This document shows, piece after piece, positions 34,421 to 47,999 of a stretch of DNA of 64,000 bases (position 1 is the stretch's first letter; every line of letters begins with the position of its first letter). A model generated the notes under the pieces. That model was not told where the DNA came from, made no database searches, and saw only the letters and a program-made list of their open reading frames with translations. The position numbers and the translations under genes are program-made. This DNA is from the human T2T-CHM13v2.0 reference genome, Homo sapiens, in the NCBI RefSeq assembly GCF_009914755.1, contig NC_060936.1. One strand, 5' to 3'.

Positions 34421-36158
34421 CCCTCCTCCAGAGTCCCAGGCCACCGAGCAGCACAGGCACCCGAAGCTGCCATGCTGAAATGGCAACGCAGAGAGACCTC
34501 TGGGCCCTACTCTTCCTCTCCTTGAGCCAGACACTCCGACCACAGAATCCAAGGGAGGAGATAAAGTGATTGGCATTGCTTAAGCCACTCAGCTGTGGGG
34601 TTCTTGTTAGAAGGCAGTAGGCGGCCGCAGCTGTGAGCCTGAAGGGGTCACTCCTCCACCTAGGGTGGGCACCCAAGCGAGGAGCTTTTGGGAAAACACC
34701 CGGCTCGGGGCCACCCTCCCTCTCTGCAGCCTCTTCCCTGCCCGGAGCCCTGAGCCTCTCAAGGGCAAGCTGGAAGGAGAGTGGCCGGTGGCAGGGAGGC
34801 AGAGCTGGCATTGGGATTTGCTGGGGCGGTAAGTGTGCAGGACGGGGGCCATTCACACAGCAGCAGAGGAGGTCACGTGGGCCAGAACCCAGGCGGAAAT
34901 CGGTAGGTTTAATAACAACACACGAGGCCGAAACAGCGTCCCCAAGGGTTGCCCACGATGGCTTTGTTCTCGCCAGATGTGCACGCCCACAGCACGTGCG
35001 GTTTCCGAGGTGAATCAGCATTTCTGGAAACCTGGCAGGGATTGAAACCTGGGGATCCCGAGACACAGCTGAGTGTAGGGGTCGGGGAGGCGCTGGAGTG
35101 GCTGTGGAGGGCAGGATGTGGGGGCAGTCACTTTCTGGCCTGGGGGCTGAGCCTTCTGGGCTCTTCCCAGGTCAGAGCTGGTCTGGCGGCAGCGTCAGCG
35201 GGGCTGGACGAGGGTCCCCAGGAACGCTGCTGAGCCTCAGGCCCACGGGGCTTCCCAGCTGTGGCCTTTGGTTGGGCTGGACTGGAGGAGATGAACAAGC
35301 TGGGAGGAGGGGCTCTGCAGCCAGCCCTCTTGCTCGCCACTGAGGTCCTGAGCCTCAGTTTCCCCTGAGTGAAACGGGTTGGGAACAGCCTTCTCCATGG
35401 GCTTTCTGCAAGTCACAGTGAGGCCGGCCACACGTCCCAGCACAGTGAGCTTGTGGGGAGGGGGGCCCACTGGGGTCCTCTGGGGGCCGATGCTGAGACG
35501 GGGTCTAGGCCGGGATAACGGGATAGTCCATTGCTGGGCCAGGGCTGCTGAGCGTGGGTGGGGACTGCCGACTGCAGTACAGACCCAGACGGCAGGAGCC
35601 CGGCAAAGCCTGCCCTTCCGAGGAGCCTCACGTCGGAGGAGCTGCCTGGGCTGTGCTGGCGCCAGGCTTAGAAGCCGGGGCCCCAACTCCGATGGTGCCG
35701 GGGCTGAGGCTGTCCCTGGCTCTGGGGGTACATCCTTTCTTGATGCCAGGGAGCAGGATGCGGGGTTGGGAAGGAGTTGGGTTGTGGGCCAGGGACCCCG
35801 TGGGCCTTTCATGGGGCCAGCAGGGAGGGCGTCTGCTCCCACGGCGGGTGGTGGGATGGCTCCACGTGGTCACAGGGCCAGGAGCACCAGCACCGGCTGA
35901 GCCTTCTTAGAAATGCAGAGTCCCGGGTGCACCCTGCCTGCTGTGCCGCACCGGCTCCCTTTCTGGTGGGGTCCCGGCCCTCTGGCGGAGTGCACTGAGG
36001 GATCTGGGGGATAGGAGCCCCTGTGGTGGCCAGCACCCTGCCCCTCCCGGCTGGCCCTGGCGTCTGTGCACCGAGCTGGGGGCCACTGAGTCCTGGGTGT
36101 GACTCCCACGTGCCAGGGGCCCCTGGTCCTGGCCCCACCCCAAGGTGCTTTCTGGGGA

Positions 36159-36362
36159 AGGTGGGCCGTGTGGCAGGGGGAGACAGCGGGGAGGGTGGGC
36201 CACGTGGCAGGGGGAGAAGCAGGGAGGGCGGGCCACGTGGCAGGGGGGAGACAGCGGGGAGGGTGGGCCACGTGGCAGGGGGAGAAGCAGGGAGGGCGGG
36301 CCACGTGGCAGGGGGAGACCTCAGGGAGGGTGGGCTGCGAGGCAGGGGGAGACAGCGGGGAG
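36159..36362. repeat. G-rich 33/35-bp minisatellite, ~6 copies, with four GCCACGTGGC E-box palindromes
   Basis: CACGTG at 36201, 36234, 36269 and 36302. Confidence 0.9.
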
Positions 36363-38919
36363 CCAGGGCCGGAGCCGGCCAGTGTTCTTTAGGGAACACA
36401 GCCCCTGCCCGTGGCAGGCACCCCAGGGCGGGGACGCTGAGGGGTCTCAGCTCCTCTGAGCAGCTCCCACCTGCCCCTCCTGGCTGCTGGCCTGAGTTCC
36501 TCCCTGAGCCTGGGCCACCGCCAGAATCACGTGTCCAGCACGGGCAGTGGCAGGTGAGACTGGCAGGTGGCCCCAAACCCCGGATGTCGGCCAGGACGTC
36601 TGCGGCATAACCTCTGTCCATCTGACACGGGGGCCCCTGAGGCTGCTGGCCCCCCGCCTCCCATGGCACCTGGGTCCTGGTAGGAGAGCTGACCTGAGTG
36701 GGGCGTGGGCTTGAGGGGCATGGGTGGAAGGACCCTGGGTCTCATGAGGGCGCTCTCTCTGCACTCCCACCACGCCCCAAAAGAAGGGCAAAGGCAGAGG
36801 GGATCCTGTGAGTCTCTGCAGGGTGGACATGTTCCCTGGTGGGGAGGGCAGCTGGAGGTCTGATGCCCCTAGCCTGGACCAAGAACTCGCAGACTGGCCT
36901 GGTGGCTTCTGAGCACACACAACTGAGGTCAATTTTATGCTCTGGAATTGATTTCAAATTAAATTTTGTTTCTTTCGACCCAGTCAATACTTGGAACAAG
37001 TTCTAATCAGGAGAGCGATTCGGGGCTCACACCCTCCTTCTGTAGGCTGGGCTCAGGCCTCATTCTCAGTAAGGAACGTTGTGATGTCAGCCCTCTTCCT
37101 GCACTAGCAAAAGTGCCATTAATCAGCCTTTCTGACGGTTACAGGAATTCTTAATGATGCATTTATTTACACAGATTTCTCTGCTCTGGGTAAATTCTTT
37201 TCTCCCCGTGCCAGACCACAAAGTACATGGCAGTCGATAGCAGAATTATGAGAAACGCAATTTACTTTGCGGATCTAATGAGCAGATGAGTAGAAAGTCG
37301 CCAGCCCCAGCCTTGGCCGCCACACACATCCTGGCCCGCTCCTCCTGGGAAACGGGTCTGTACTGCCTGGTGCTGGGCGGGGGCGGCCTCGTCATCCTCC
37401 AGTCACATTTTTCCAAGCACACTGTGGTCGAGCCATGGCCCCAGCCCCTTTCTGTCCCCATCCCCCAATGTCCCCGGGGCAGGTCCCTTTAATACACAGG
37501 GGTGCCTTGGGCAGGCCCTGGCTGGGCCCTCTCCATCCTGGCAGACACTCCCAGGTTCTGTCCCGTGCTGGAGGTGAACACGCTTGTCACTGGCCAAAGA
37601 GTGAGCTGGAGACAGTTTGCACGGCAGGGGACCCTGTGGCCACAAATGAAGTCCCCCGGTGTGTGTGTGGAGAGGGGGGGAACAAGAGGACATTGGCTGC
37701 CCTGCAGCCCCATGAGGACGAGGACCATGCCCCGTCCAGCGGGAGGCTGGTGGACCCCGGGTTCCGATGACGCTGAGCCAGAGAGCCAACGCGACCACGT
37801 TTTGGGGAGGGAACCCCGGCACCTTGGGGCGTCAGCAAGGGGCATTGACTTTTGGCCACCTAAGGAGTACTGGACATCACACATGTGCACACCCATGAGA
37901 CCAGCACACACAGGCAGGCACAGGTGCACTCACACCCTCCAACACCAGGCAGAACGCGCGTGCAGACACCGGTGTGGCCTCAGTTTCTGTCCCTGGGGCC
38001 CGTGGAGCTGTTGCCAGATCAGGCTGTGCAGTGCTGCGTGGGACCCACCGAGGAACTTGCCCAGCCGCGTGCATGGTAGCTACGATGTGGAGACGTTGAC
38101 GGTTTCCATCTGCCTTGAATTGTGATGCTGCCGGTCAGGGAGCAGCTCTGGGGGACCAGGCCTGGCCACCTATGATGGTGTTGGTGGAGACGGCTTCCGA
38201 CGAGGTCGGGTTCGTGCCTAGGCGTGTCCTGCACATTCGAGGCCACAGACGTGGGGATGTGTGGGGTGTCGGGGGTGGGGACCGGGAAGACCTGGCAGGG
38301 GGTGAGGGGGCACCAGGGACACTGGAAGCCCTTCCAAAGCATCCGAAAGTCCCCGAAGGGCCACATTTTTCAGCCGTTCTGGGCCTGTAGCCAAGAGGCC
38401 CCTGCCCTGCCCACTGTCACCTCCCCAGGGGGCCAGGCCAGGAGCTCGGAGCCACCCGGGCCCTCCCAGGTGCAGCCCTGGGAAGGCAGCCCCACTCCTC
38501 GGAAGCTGTGTTTGCTCATCTGCAAAGGGGCGAGTAGAGCAGGGCCCTCCCAGGGCCGATGGAGGCTCAGGCGCTTTCTTGGCCCTGTGGGGCTCAGAGC
38601 GAAGGTATCACGGGTGGGAGTGGAGGTTATTTTCCTACCCTTGCCCCATGCGGAAGTCCTGCTCTTACCGTCAGCCACCTGTACATGTCTCTGCGCCTCC
38701 TTCTCCACACACAGCCTGGCCTGGAGCCCGTGGGCCTCCTGTCTCCCTGCTGGGTGCTGAGCTCAGCAAGGGCAGGGGCCCTGCAGGGCACTGGCCGACC
38801 CTCTGTGCGGCTGCTGAGGAAAGAGGGAATTACACGACCATGCCCCTCCATCTCAGGCTTGCTCAGGGCCGGAGGCTGCTCCAGACGCCTGAGTGCAGCT
38901 TCATCTTACCCCACAAGCT

Positions 38920-39010
38920 TATGAGGCAGATGCTGAATCTTACAGAGGAGGAAACTGAGGCCCAGAGAGGCACAGCAGCTGGCCCAACGTGGCACAGCAG
39001 CACAGGCGGG
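38920..39010 (-). mobile_element. MIR core
   Basis: TTACAGAGGAGGAAACTGAGGCCCAGAGAGG. Confidence 0.7.
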
Positions 39011-39345
39011 GCAGGGTTGAGGCCGTTCCACCGTGGGCCCCAGTGGAGCTTCCCCTCTGGAGCCAGTGATCCCGCTCTGGGACTGGCCTCCATGCCACTC
39101 TCTTGGCCGGGGGGATTCGTGCATCAGACCTGGGGCAGACAGGCTGCTTGTCTGATTATTGCTCACTCGGTTAAGGTGACCCGGGGGGTTTCTCCGTCCT
39201 GGCGACACCTCCCTGTGCACTGGAAGGTGACCTGTGGGTGACACTTCTGGGCAGTCGAGTATCCCATCCCAGTCCACCTCCCACCCGGCGGCTGAGCACC
39301 CAGGAGGGCCTGACGTGGGTCTGTTGTTGAGTGGGGATTTTCCAT

Positions 39346-39468
39346 GCTGCCCGTGAGCCCGGAGCCCACCGTTCCCGCTGCCCATGAGCCCGGAGCCCGC
39401 CATTCCCGCTGCCCGTGAGCCCGGAGCCCGCCATTCCCGCTGCCCGTGAGCCCGGAGCCCGCCGTTCC
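39346..39468. repeat. 31-bp tandem repeat, 4 copies
   Basis: GCTGCCCGTGAGCCCGGAGCCCGCCATTCCC at 39346, 39377, 39408 and 39439. Confidence 0.9.
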
Positions 39469-40909
39469 TCCGGGAAGCAGAACTCCCCTCCCCATCCCTT
39501 TTCTTAGACTCAAGGATTCTGTTGTAATTAGATATTTTTACTGTTTCTCTGCCCTTTTGAATGGTGCCAGGCCTGTCCCCTGTGTCCTTGAAATGCCCCC
39601 GTCACTGTCTGAGCAAGTCCTCAGGTCGGAGAGGTGGTCAGCCCAGACTCAGCCACTTCCCCAGCAGCCCTGGGCAGGGGTGGGGGACACCGTGTGCTTT
39701 CCTGGGTTCACGCTGGCTGCTGAGTGGAAGAGGCCGCAGGGGCGAGGGCGGCGGCCAGGACCGATGAGGAAGCAGCTGCAGGGACTCCAGCTCGAGCCCA
39801 GGGCGGCCTGGACCTGGGGGGCAGTGGGGGTCTGAGAAGTCAGGTCAGGCTGTGCATCAAAGGCAGAGCTGACGGAATTTGCTGCAGCAGCCACCATGGG
39901 TGGAAAGAGCCGCCAAGGCTGAACCCGACGCCCTGGTGTGATCACTTGTGGGGACAAAGTGGTCGCTAATGGGATGGGGGGCTTGGAGTGGACTCTGAGG
40001 CTGGGGAAAGGAGGGGTTTGGTTTTGCAGATGCTGGACCTGGGTGTCTCTGAGAGGTCCAGACGGAAAGGCACGTGGCGGGTGGATTTAGGAGGCTGCAG
40101 TTCATGGAGAGGTCCAGGCAGCAGCAGGTACCACTTGGAGATGACAGGTAACGGATGGTTTCTAAAGCCACAAACAGGGCGAGGCCCCGGGGAGAGGGCA
40201 GGCCTGGAGTCCCGCGAGGATCCGTGGTTAGAGGCGCCCTCCCACACCGCCCACAGGTCTGCAAGGTTTGCACGCCTCCGCTCTGCAAGGAAGCAGGTGC
40301 AGTTAGTTCCCTTGGCCTTTCCCAGCACAGGGAGACGGCGCGTGTGACCCGGTGATCTGTTGGGGAGGGGAGGGGAGGAGCAGGCAGCACGGGCGTTTGG
40401 GGGCTGCTGGGATGGATTTTGGGGTGATGGGAACTGAGGAACCAAAGGTGCTCCATGGTCTTTGGCTTGAGGGATGGGCGGGGTGGCATTCACTGGGAGG
40501 GGCACTGTGGGAAGAACAGGGTCTTCCTGTGGGGAGCAGCATGGACCTGTGAAGTCTGCAGGGCCCGTGTGGACCAGGCAGGTGTGCGGGGCGGCGAGGC
40601 CGGACCCAGGCAGGTGTGCGGGGCGGCGAGGCGGGGCTCCGACACCGGCTTTCTGGACACCCAGAAACAAGAGGCATCATGGAGAGACCCACAAGGGCTG
40701 GGGGAGGCCAGGCCCTCTCCAGGGGTCAGGCTGGGGATTTTGGTGTCTGCCAGGAGCGGCAGAGAGGAGGGGAGTTTTCGGGGTCCCCTAGGGGCTGTAG
40801 CGGGCTGGATGGTTCATGCTGCACTCAACCCCGGGACCCATTTTCCATGTGTCCCTCCGGCAATGGGAGGCCACTGGGAGGCTGCAGACACACACTTGGG
40901 TTTTCAGCG

Positions 40910-41030
40910 GCCTCTGCTGACTGGGACCCACTTCTGATGCCCTGAGCCCCCACTGCTGGCTGGGACCCACTTCTCACATCCTGAGCCCCCTCTGCTGACT
41001 GGGACCCACTTCTCACGTCCTGAGCCCCCA
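40910..41030. repeat. ~40-bp tandem repeat, 3 copies
   Basis: CTGCTGACTGGGACCCACTTCT...CCTGAGCCCCC repeated. Confidence 0.85.
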
Positions 41031-43764
41031 GTGTGGGTTGCCGCACAGCCCGGCCACCCCGGCCGAGGGCACGTGGCCACGTGGCGTTGGGGGCTGGGAG
41101 CCTCGGGACTCCGTGGAGAAGGGGCTCGGCTGGAGCCTCTCCTGCGGCCTGGGACGCCTGGGCTTTGCCTCTGCTGGTGCCGGGTGTCCACTGGGCCACC
41201 CCACCCTCTACTCCTGGATGCGCATGTCCACCCCAGGCCCACTGTCTTCAACAATCCAGAAACCTCCAGAACCTTCTGGAAAGACAGGCAGAGCAGCAGT
41301 GGAGCGGGCGTGAGGGTTTGCGCCCTGCTGTCCCGGCTTCTCCGAGCTTCTGGCATGTGGACCACCCTGCAGGCTGCTCACCCAGCACTCGGCCTTTGGG
41401 GACCTTTCTCCACTGCCAAACCAGGACACTCGCCAGAGGGGCCATGGGAGAGAAACAGGGCTCCGGGGGCTGCGGGGAGAGGCTGTCCTGGGAGAGATGG
41501 CGGCTTTCTCCTCCTTTTTGTTGCCTAGAATGTGAAAGTAAGGGCTGGGGCTGCAGCAGCTGCCGTGAGACCTCCAGGAAGGGAGAAAGGAAGTGAAGAC
41601 ACCTGGTTTTGATGTTGAACTAAAGCACCTGATTTACGGAAGGCACCGTTTTGTAGGGGTTTCTGTTTCTCACAGCTGAAGCTGACCCTTAGCCCATCCC
41701 CTCTGCCAAACAGAACGATAATTTGGGTTTTGTAAGAGGACTCACTAGGAAGTGGGTGTCTGGAACTTGGAGCCAGTGGAACTTGCTTCGTGATCTTAGC
41801 TTAGTTAGAATACAGCTCAGCTGTGGGCGTGTTTTCTGTTGAGCTGCTTTAGATAAGACGGTAGATCACCTGCCAAGTGAGGTGAGCGCATTGAAAAGCG
41901 TGAGCTGTTGGTTGAGGCAGGTCCACCCTCAACGATGTGGTCTCGGGAAGTGGGAAAACATGCTCCCGATTCATCTCAGAACACAAGGAAACGCCTCGGA
42001 CGGCAAAATAAACCCTGGTAGCCGGGCTGCTCTGGGAGGTGAGGAGGGCTGGGCTGGGCTGTGAGGGCCCTGTGGTGGAACTGAGGCAAAGCGGGGGGGT
42101 GCTGCAGGGCTGGCCGAGCTCAGGAGGAGAGGGGGGCCCCCAGGTCCCTGCCCACCTCGGCGAGGAGCGGACAGGGCGGCTGTCAGCTTCCCAGCGGCTT
42201 TCAGGGCTAACTGCTGAGCCACTGCCGGGCGACCCCCACCCCCACCACAGGCCTTGTGGGAGGTGTTGTGCCCTGGGGCTGCCGTGCAGAGGAATGTGTT
42301 CCCTCCACACCAGAGGCCTGAAGCCTGGAGCTGGGGTGTGGGAGGTCCTGGTCTCCCTGGGGCTCCAGGGCAGGGTACATCCCAGGCCTCTCTGGGGTGC
42401 CCCGTTTTGGTACCTCGTGTCCCGTGGCTGCGTCCCTCCTGCTCTGGCCTGTGTGTCTCTGTCTCCCCTCCTCTCCTTACCAGGACCCCACCCTAAATCA
42501 GGGTGGTCTCTTCCCAAGCCCCTCAGCTAGCGGATGTGATCCTGGTGTGCGTGGGTCATGGGGGCCTCTTTTTAACCCGCGGGACTGTGGCATCTGGACG
42601 TGGCTCTTGTGGAGGGGCTGAGTTCTGAGAGTCCCCAGAGCTGAGCCTGCTGAGGGCTGCGCAGGGCCGTGCTCCCTGGCCTGGGTTTCTGGGGCTCTGA
42701 TAGGGCACCCCCAGTGCCAGCCCCACACGGGAGGAGGAGGCAGTGTTGGGCCCGCCCCTGCCCCCCCACCCCCCAGGGCTGCCGGGTCCCACTGAGGGGA
42801 TCCCACCCAGGCTTCGGACCCCGCAGCTCAGCTCCCTGCTCAGCCCCCAGCTCAGCACCACCGTCAGGGCTGAGACTTGCTGTCCACCTGCCCCACGTGG
42901 GTCCTGGGCGGAGCCGCTGCTCTGGGGAGCCTGGCCTGGCCGCCCGAGGTCTCCCCACACCCAGAGCCTGCTCACCTCGCCCTTGGCTGGCTCTGCCCAC
43001 TCCCAGCCAGAGGGAGCCTCAGCCCAGAGCCTTCCAGCAGCTCCCACCCCCTCAGAGCCAGAGCCAAAGCCCTCACCTTGGCCCTGGCTGCACCCCTGAG
43101 GCCCCGTTTGCTCCGGGAACACCCCGGCATTTGCCTCCGCAGGGCGGCCCTCTCTGCCTGGAGGCTCTTCCCCGACGCCACGGGCGCTGGCTGCCCTTCC
43201 TGGGGCCTTGCTCCCACACCTCCTACCCCGCCGCCGAGCCGTCAAACGGCCCCAACCCAGGCTCCCGGCCCGGCTGGTCCCCTGTTCCTGCTGCAATACA
43301 ATAGTAGCTGGAAGCTGTTTGGTGGCTTCAACAACCCATTGATCCTCTCGGCTCCGTGGGCCAGAAAATGCAGTGCGGAGGCAGCCACGGTCCTCCTGGA
43401 GGAGCTGCTCCTGCTTTCCCAGCGTCCGGAGGCCGCACTCCTGGGCTGGGCCCTTCCCCTCCCTCCTGGCCTCCGCTTCTGTCACCACATGCCCTGTCCC
43501 CTCTGACACTGACTTCCTGTCCCGTGGGGGTGAATACATGCAGCCCCACCCCGTCACCCAGGCCGCCCTCCCGGCAGAGGGGAGGCGCATGGAATGGGGC
43601 TGCAGGGGTGAGGTCAGAGGCAGCTGCGGGGACCCTGATGATGCTCTGGAGATGGGGTGGCTGACAAGCAGGACTCTCTGAAACCAAGTCCAGGCGAAAG
43701 GAGCCGCCTCCTGGGAGCTCGAGGCCCGGGGTGTTAGCTTCTAGAAGCCGGGGGTGCTCTAGAC

Positions 43765-43905
43765 CCCTGATTCTCAAAGTGGGGTCCCTGGAGCACAGCA
43801 GCCCCGGGGAGCCTGTTAGGAATGCTAGTTCTGGGGTCCTTCTGGCTCAGAAGCTCCAGGGGTGGGCCTGCAATCTGCGCTTTTGCAGGCTCTGGGGAGT
43901 GCTGG
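43765..43905 (+). mobile_element. MER5A DNA transposon relic
   Basis: TTCTCAAAGTGGGGTCCC...TGTTAGGAATGC...TCAGAAGCTCCAGGGGTGGGCCTGCAATCTG follows the MER5A consensus order. Confidence 0.7.
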
Positions 43906-44574
43906 CTCCAAAGCACCCCATCGCGGCCCTCTCCCCCACATCGCTGGTCTGAGGACAGGGTCCCTCCTGCGGAGACTGAGGCTTGGTGGAGAATGTTCGC
44001 TCAGAGGCGTCGCTCTGCCCGGCGACTGGCTGCGGGCAGACATAAAACTTGCTCTTACTGTAAGGATGGATGATGTTTCCTAGAGCAGTTACAACTCATT
44101 TTCTGGGGATTGACAGGAAATTAAATTAGAGGGCAGTCACGAGGGGGAGGAGGCGGTGGGGAGTGACTGGAAGTGCCGTGGACTGTGCAGACGCAGCAGG
44201 GACAGCCTGGAGCTGAGACCGGTGGCTTTCAGCTTGTCACGGGCTGGGCGCAAGACTGATGGACTCACCTTTGAGTGGCACTGCAGGGTCGTGGGGTCTG
44301 TGCCCACTTCCCTGAGAGGAAAGGAGTGGGCTGATGGGTTGCTGGGCTCCGTGGGGAGGCTGCACGCCGGGTCTATTTCCAGAGCCCCTAGGCTCTAGGA
44401 GGAGGCGGCCATGCCCTGAGTCACAGGCAGGGGCCTGACGGGCCCAGGAGGGGCTGCACCCAGACCCCTTGCCTGGCTGGTGTCATGGGTGACCCACAGC
44501 CGACCACCTTGCTGCAAGGGTCCCTCAGCCAGGAAGAGACCCCTTGGCCCCATTCCACTCATCCCTGTAAAGAA

Positions 44575-44700
44575 GGGATATAGAAATAAGAAAAGAGAAT
44601 ATTTTCTTATTTCTTCTAAAATAAGAATGTTTTCTTATTTTTTCTAAAGTAAGAATGTTTTCTTACTTTTTCTAAAGAATGTTTTCTTACTTTAGAAAAA
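44575..44700. repeat. AT-rich ~23-bp tandem repeat (AAGAATGTTTTCTTAYTTTTTCTAAA), ~4 copies, at the start of an AT island running to ~45045
   Basis: Read directly. Confidence 0.7.
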
Positions 44701-45047
44701 CTATAGAATTTACAACTAATTACAACTTTATTAAAATGAATAACATAGTTATGATATATAATTACTATTTACAATTATAACTGAAAAAATGGTAGAATAT
44801 TTTCTTATTACAGACAAAACAGAAAAGCAAAATTAAGGCATGAAAAAAGTCTTTGTAAACTCACTAGTGCTATTTAATCACTGTGGTATTTAGGTATGTT
44901 TATTTCAAACCTTTTTATATGCATATACAAGTACATATTTTATTTACTAGGTAGAATTATCGTTTATATACTTTAAAGGCAAAAATTACCTTTATTGAGG
45001 TATGATTTACGTACAATAAAATGTGCATTTAAAAAAGTATTTTTTCT

Positions 45048-45325
45048 GCCGGGCACAGTGGCTCGCGCCTGTAATCCCAGCTCTTTGGGAGGCCAAAGTG
45101 GGAGGAGTGTTTGAGGCTGGGAGCTCGAGACCAGGCTGGGCAACATGGCAACAAAAAAAATTAAAAACTTAGCTGGGTATGGCGGTGTGCACCTGTAGTC
45201 CCAGTGACCGGGGAGGGTGTGACGGGAGGGTGGGGAGCCCGGGAGTTTGAGGCTGTACTGAGCTCAGAACCCGCCCCCCCCACCCCCTGCACTCCAGCCT
45301 GGGCGACAGAATGAGACCCCTGAAA
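45048..45325 (+). mobile_element. Diverged AluJ
   Basis: GCCGGGCACAGTGGCTCGCGCCTGTAATCCCAGC ... TGCACTCCAGCCTGGGCGACAGAATGAGACCC. Confidence 0.9.
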
Positions 45326-46299
45326 AGTGTTGGTTTCTGACTTTTTTCGTTTTTGAAATCGTTTCCGGCTGGCCCAAGTCGAAAAATAATGCAGATGTCT
45401 CCAGCTGTCCCTGAGAACACTTCCTGTTCCTTGATCTGTGGCTTGTGATTCTCCCCCCGCCCCCACTCCCCTTACATGGGGCTGTGGCTGCCCCCAGCCT
45501 TTCCCTTTCGTGACCTCAGGATTGTATGACTGCAGGTTGGGCTGTCCCTTGGGATTCAGGGCCTCAAATGTACCTGCTGACCAGTTGAAGAGTGCTGACC
45601 AGCTGTCCTGCTGAACACCTCTCAATCTGGATTTTTGACATTTCCCTGTGATTAAATTCAGGGAATCCAGCTTTGGTGACAGAGCCACTGAAGCAAGGCT
45701 GTTCCCTGCTTGGAGACGCACCCACTTTACACGTGTAGGGTGGCGAGTCTGACAAACGCAGCCACAGGCAGCCCCCACCGGGGGAGCCGGACGTTTCCAT
45801 CCACCCAGACAGCAGCGTTCACGCCCAGGACCATGTGGGCCTGCGCCCCGGGCCGCACCTGCCTCTCCTGCATTCCGTGTCTGGCATCTTGTGTCGTTGC
45901 CACCCTGCGTGCCATGTCTGGCTTCTCTCTCTCAGCGAGTGTCCTCCGTGTCTCCGAGTCGCGCCCGTTCTGTTGTGCGTAAATGCCGTTCTCAGAGCTG
46001 TTGTTTGTTTAGGGATGTATCATGTTTTCAGCTTAACATTTGTGCCATTCGTGTGCCCTGGCGAGCCCCGCCCCCTCCAAGTTACTGGCGTGCTGTGGGC
46101 GTTCTCGGGTTTCTACTCTTCCTGCTGTCGCCAGCGCAGCCGAAGCACCAAGCAGGAAGCTCTGCCGAGTTCTTGGCTTCAGGTAACGTGTCAGACCCAG
46201 GGCATGAGCTCCAGTCCCTCTTGCCTCCACAAAGGACAGCACATTTCCAGTTCAGGGTGCTGTGGCCGACACCGTGCGTGTGGCTGGGGCCAGTGTCAC

Positions 46300-46430
46300 C
46301 GCGAATCTCGGCTGCTCCACGCCCTTGCTGTGGGCTTGGGGCCAGTGCTTTACCTCTCTGGCCTCAGTTTCCTTATCTGTTAACAGGGTTGGTGTGAGAA
46401 TGAATGAGAAGGCATGCACAAAGCGGGGCA
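46300..46430 (+). mobile_element. MIR
   Basis: TTTACCTCTCTGGCCTCAGTTTCCTTATCTGTTAA...GTGAGAATGAATGAGA. Confidence 0.7.
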
Positions 46431-46998
46431 CAGCCTGCCCCAAAGCAAGGTCCCGATCCAAGTAGCTGCCGTTATTGCTAATAGTGGTCCCAGCGGAGCC
46501 ACAGTTGCTGAACGGTCCTGCAGAGATGTCCCCTTGGGTACAGGGCCCCCAGGGAGGAGCTGGGGACAGAAGGCAAAGCAGCTGGATCCACCCATGCCTG
46601 CAGCTTGCTCTTTGCTTAACTGGTTGTTAGAGTTGTCTGTGCAATGGCTGATGGGGATGCTGACAGCTCAGGAAAGGGTAGGGAGAAGGAAGCTCTGTCC
46701 ATGGTGGGCGGCCTCCGTGGCTTTGGTGGGCAAAGGTTGTGTTTCTGCAGAGCCATGTCTATGTGAGCTGGGGGCCTGGCCAGGCTCTTCAGGACTGGCT
46801 GGAACCCCTGGCACAGGCAGGGCCTGGGAGTGGGGCTGGCAGGGCAGGCCCTTCCTTCTCTGTCACCCACCACCTGCTGTAGGGAATGGGTGAGAGTTCA
46901 AGCCCCTGGCGGGGTTGCCTGGAGGTCGATGGAAGGAGGAGCTGCTCCTCGTCAAGGCTGCCCCAGCTCGAGTCCTTCCTTGAGATTAGGGCTGCAAA

Positions 46999-47290
46999 CA
47001 TACGCACACGTGCGTGCACACATACACACATCCATGCACACACGTTCATGTACACATCCATGCAGGCACACAATCCATGCACACGTGCACACACATCCGT
47101 GCACACTCACATCTATACACACATGCACACACATCCATGCACAAGCACTTCCATGCACAAACACATCCATGCATGCACATACACACACACACATCCATGC
47201 ACACGCACTTCCATGCACAAACACATCCATGCATGCACACACATGCGCACAGACATCTATGCATACACACACATATCCATGCACACATAC
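46999..47290. repeat. CA-rich low-complexity repeat (CACATCCATGCACA)
   Basis: Read directly. Confidence 0.85.
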
Positions 47291-47369
47291 CCCTCTTGCT
47301 CTCTTGGACATGTGAGGGCACGGTGAGAAGGTGGCTGTCTACGAGCCAGGAAACAGGCCCTCCTAGGGC

Positions 47370-47630
47370 TGGGGAGCTCGTGTCTCATGGGGACAAAGCC
47401 TGAGTTTGGAAGATGACAGGTTCTGGGGGTGGGGGTGGGGATTTCGGCTGCACAGAGGCCTGACTGCTCTTAATCCTGCTAAAGTGCACTGAAAAATGTG
47501 ACGATGGTGAGTTTTCTGTTATTAAATGAAATGATATATGTATGATTGTATGTATTCAATATCTGCATAAAATGCATATTACGTGTATTATAATACATAT
47601 AATTTTACACAATTAAAAAATGAAAATAGA
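47370..47630 (+). mobile_element. L1MB-like 3' terminus
   Basis: GGAAGATGACAGGTTCTGG...GTGCACTGAAAAATG...ATTTTACACAATTAAAAAA. Confidence 0.6.
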
Positions 47631-47999
47631 AACGAAGCCAGCGCAGCTGCTGAAACAGAGAAGGACTTAGCAGACTTGCAGCTCCGCGTGTCTCCGTCAC
47701 GGCCACTGCGGGAAGCCTCCTCACTGCTGGGAGGGCCTGTGGGTCTCGGGGTGTACACTCGTTCCGGCCCACGGGTGCCCCTGCATTCTGTGGGGCTTTG
47801 GGGGTGTCTGTGTGGGGTGCACGTGGACACCACGGCCCTGAAAGGTCTCGTGTTGGGCACTTCCAGGTTTGCAGGGAGTGTGGGCTCCAGGGAGGGCAGG
47901 TGTCGGCCCCGAGGGGAGAGCTGGGGTAGGGACCTGCCCCATCCCCGACGGCCACGCCGAGTTCTCATGTTTTACACCATCTTTGTCCTTGTGCCTTTT

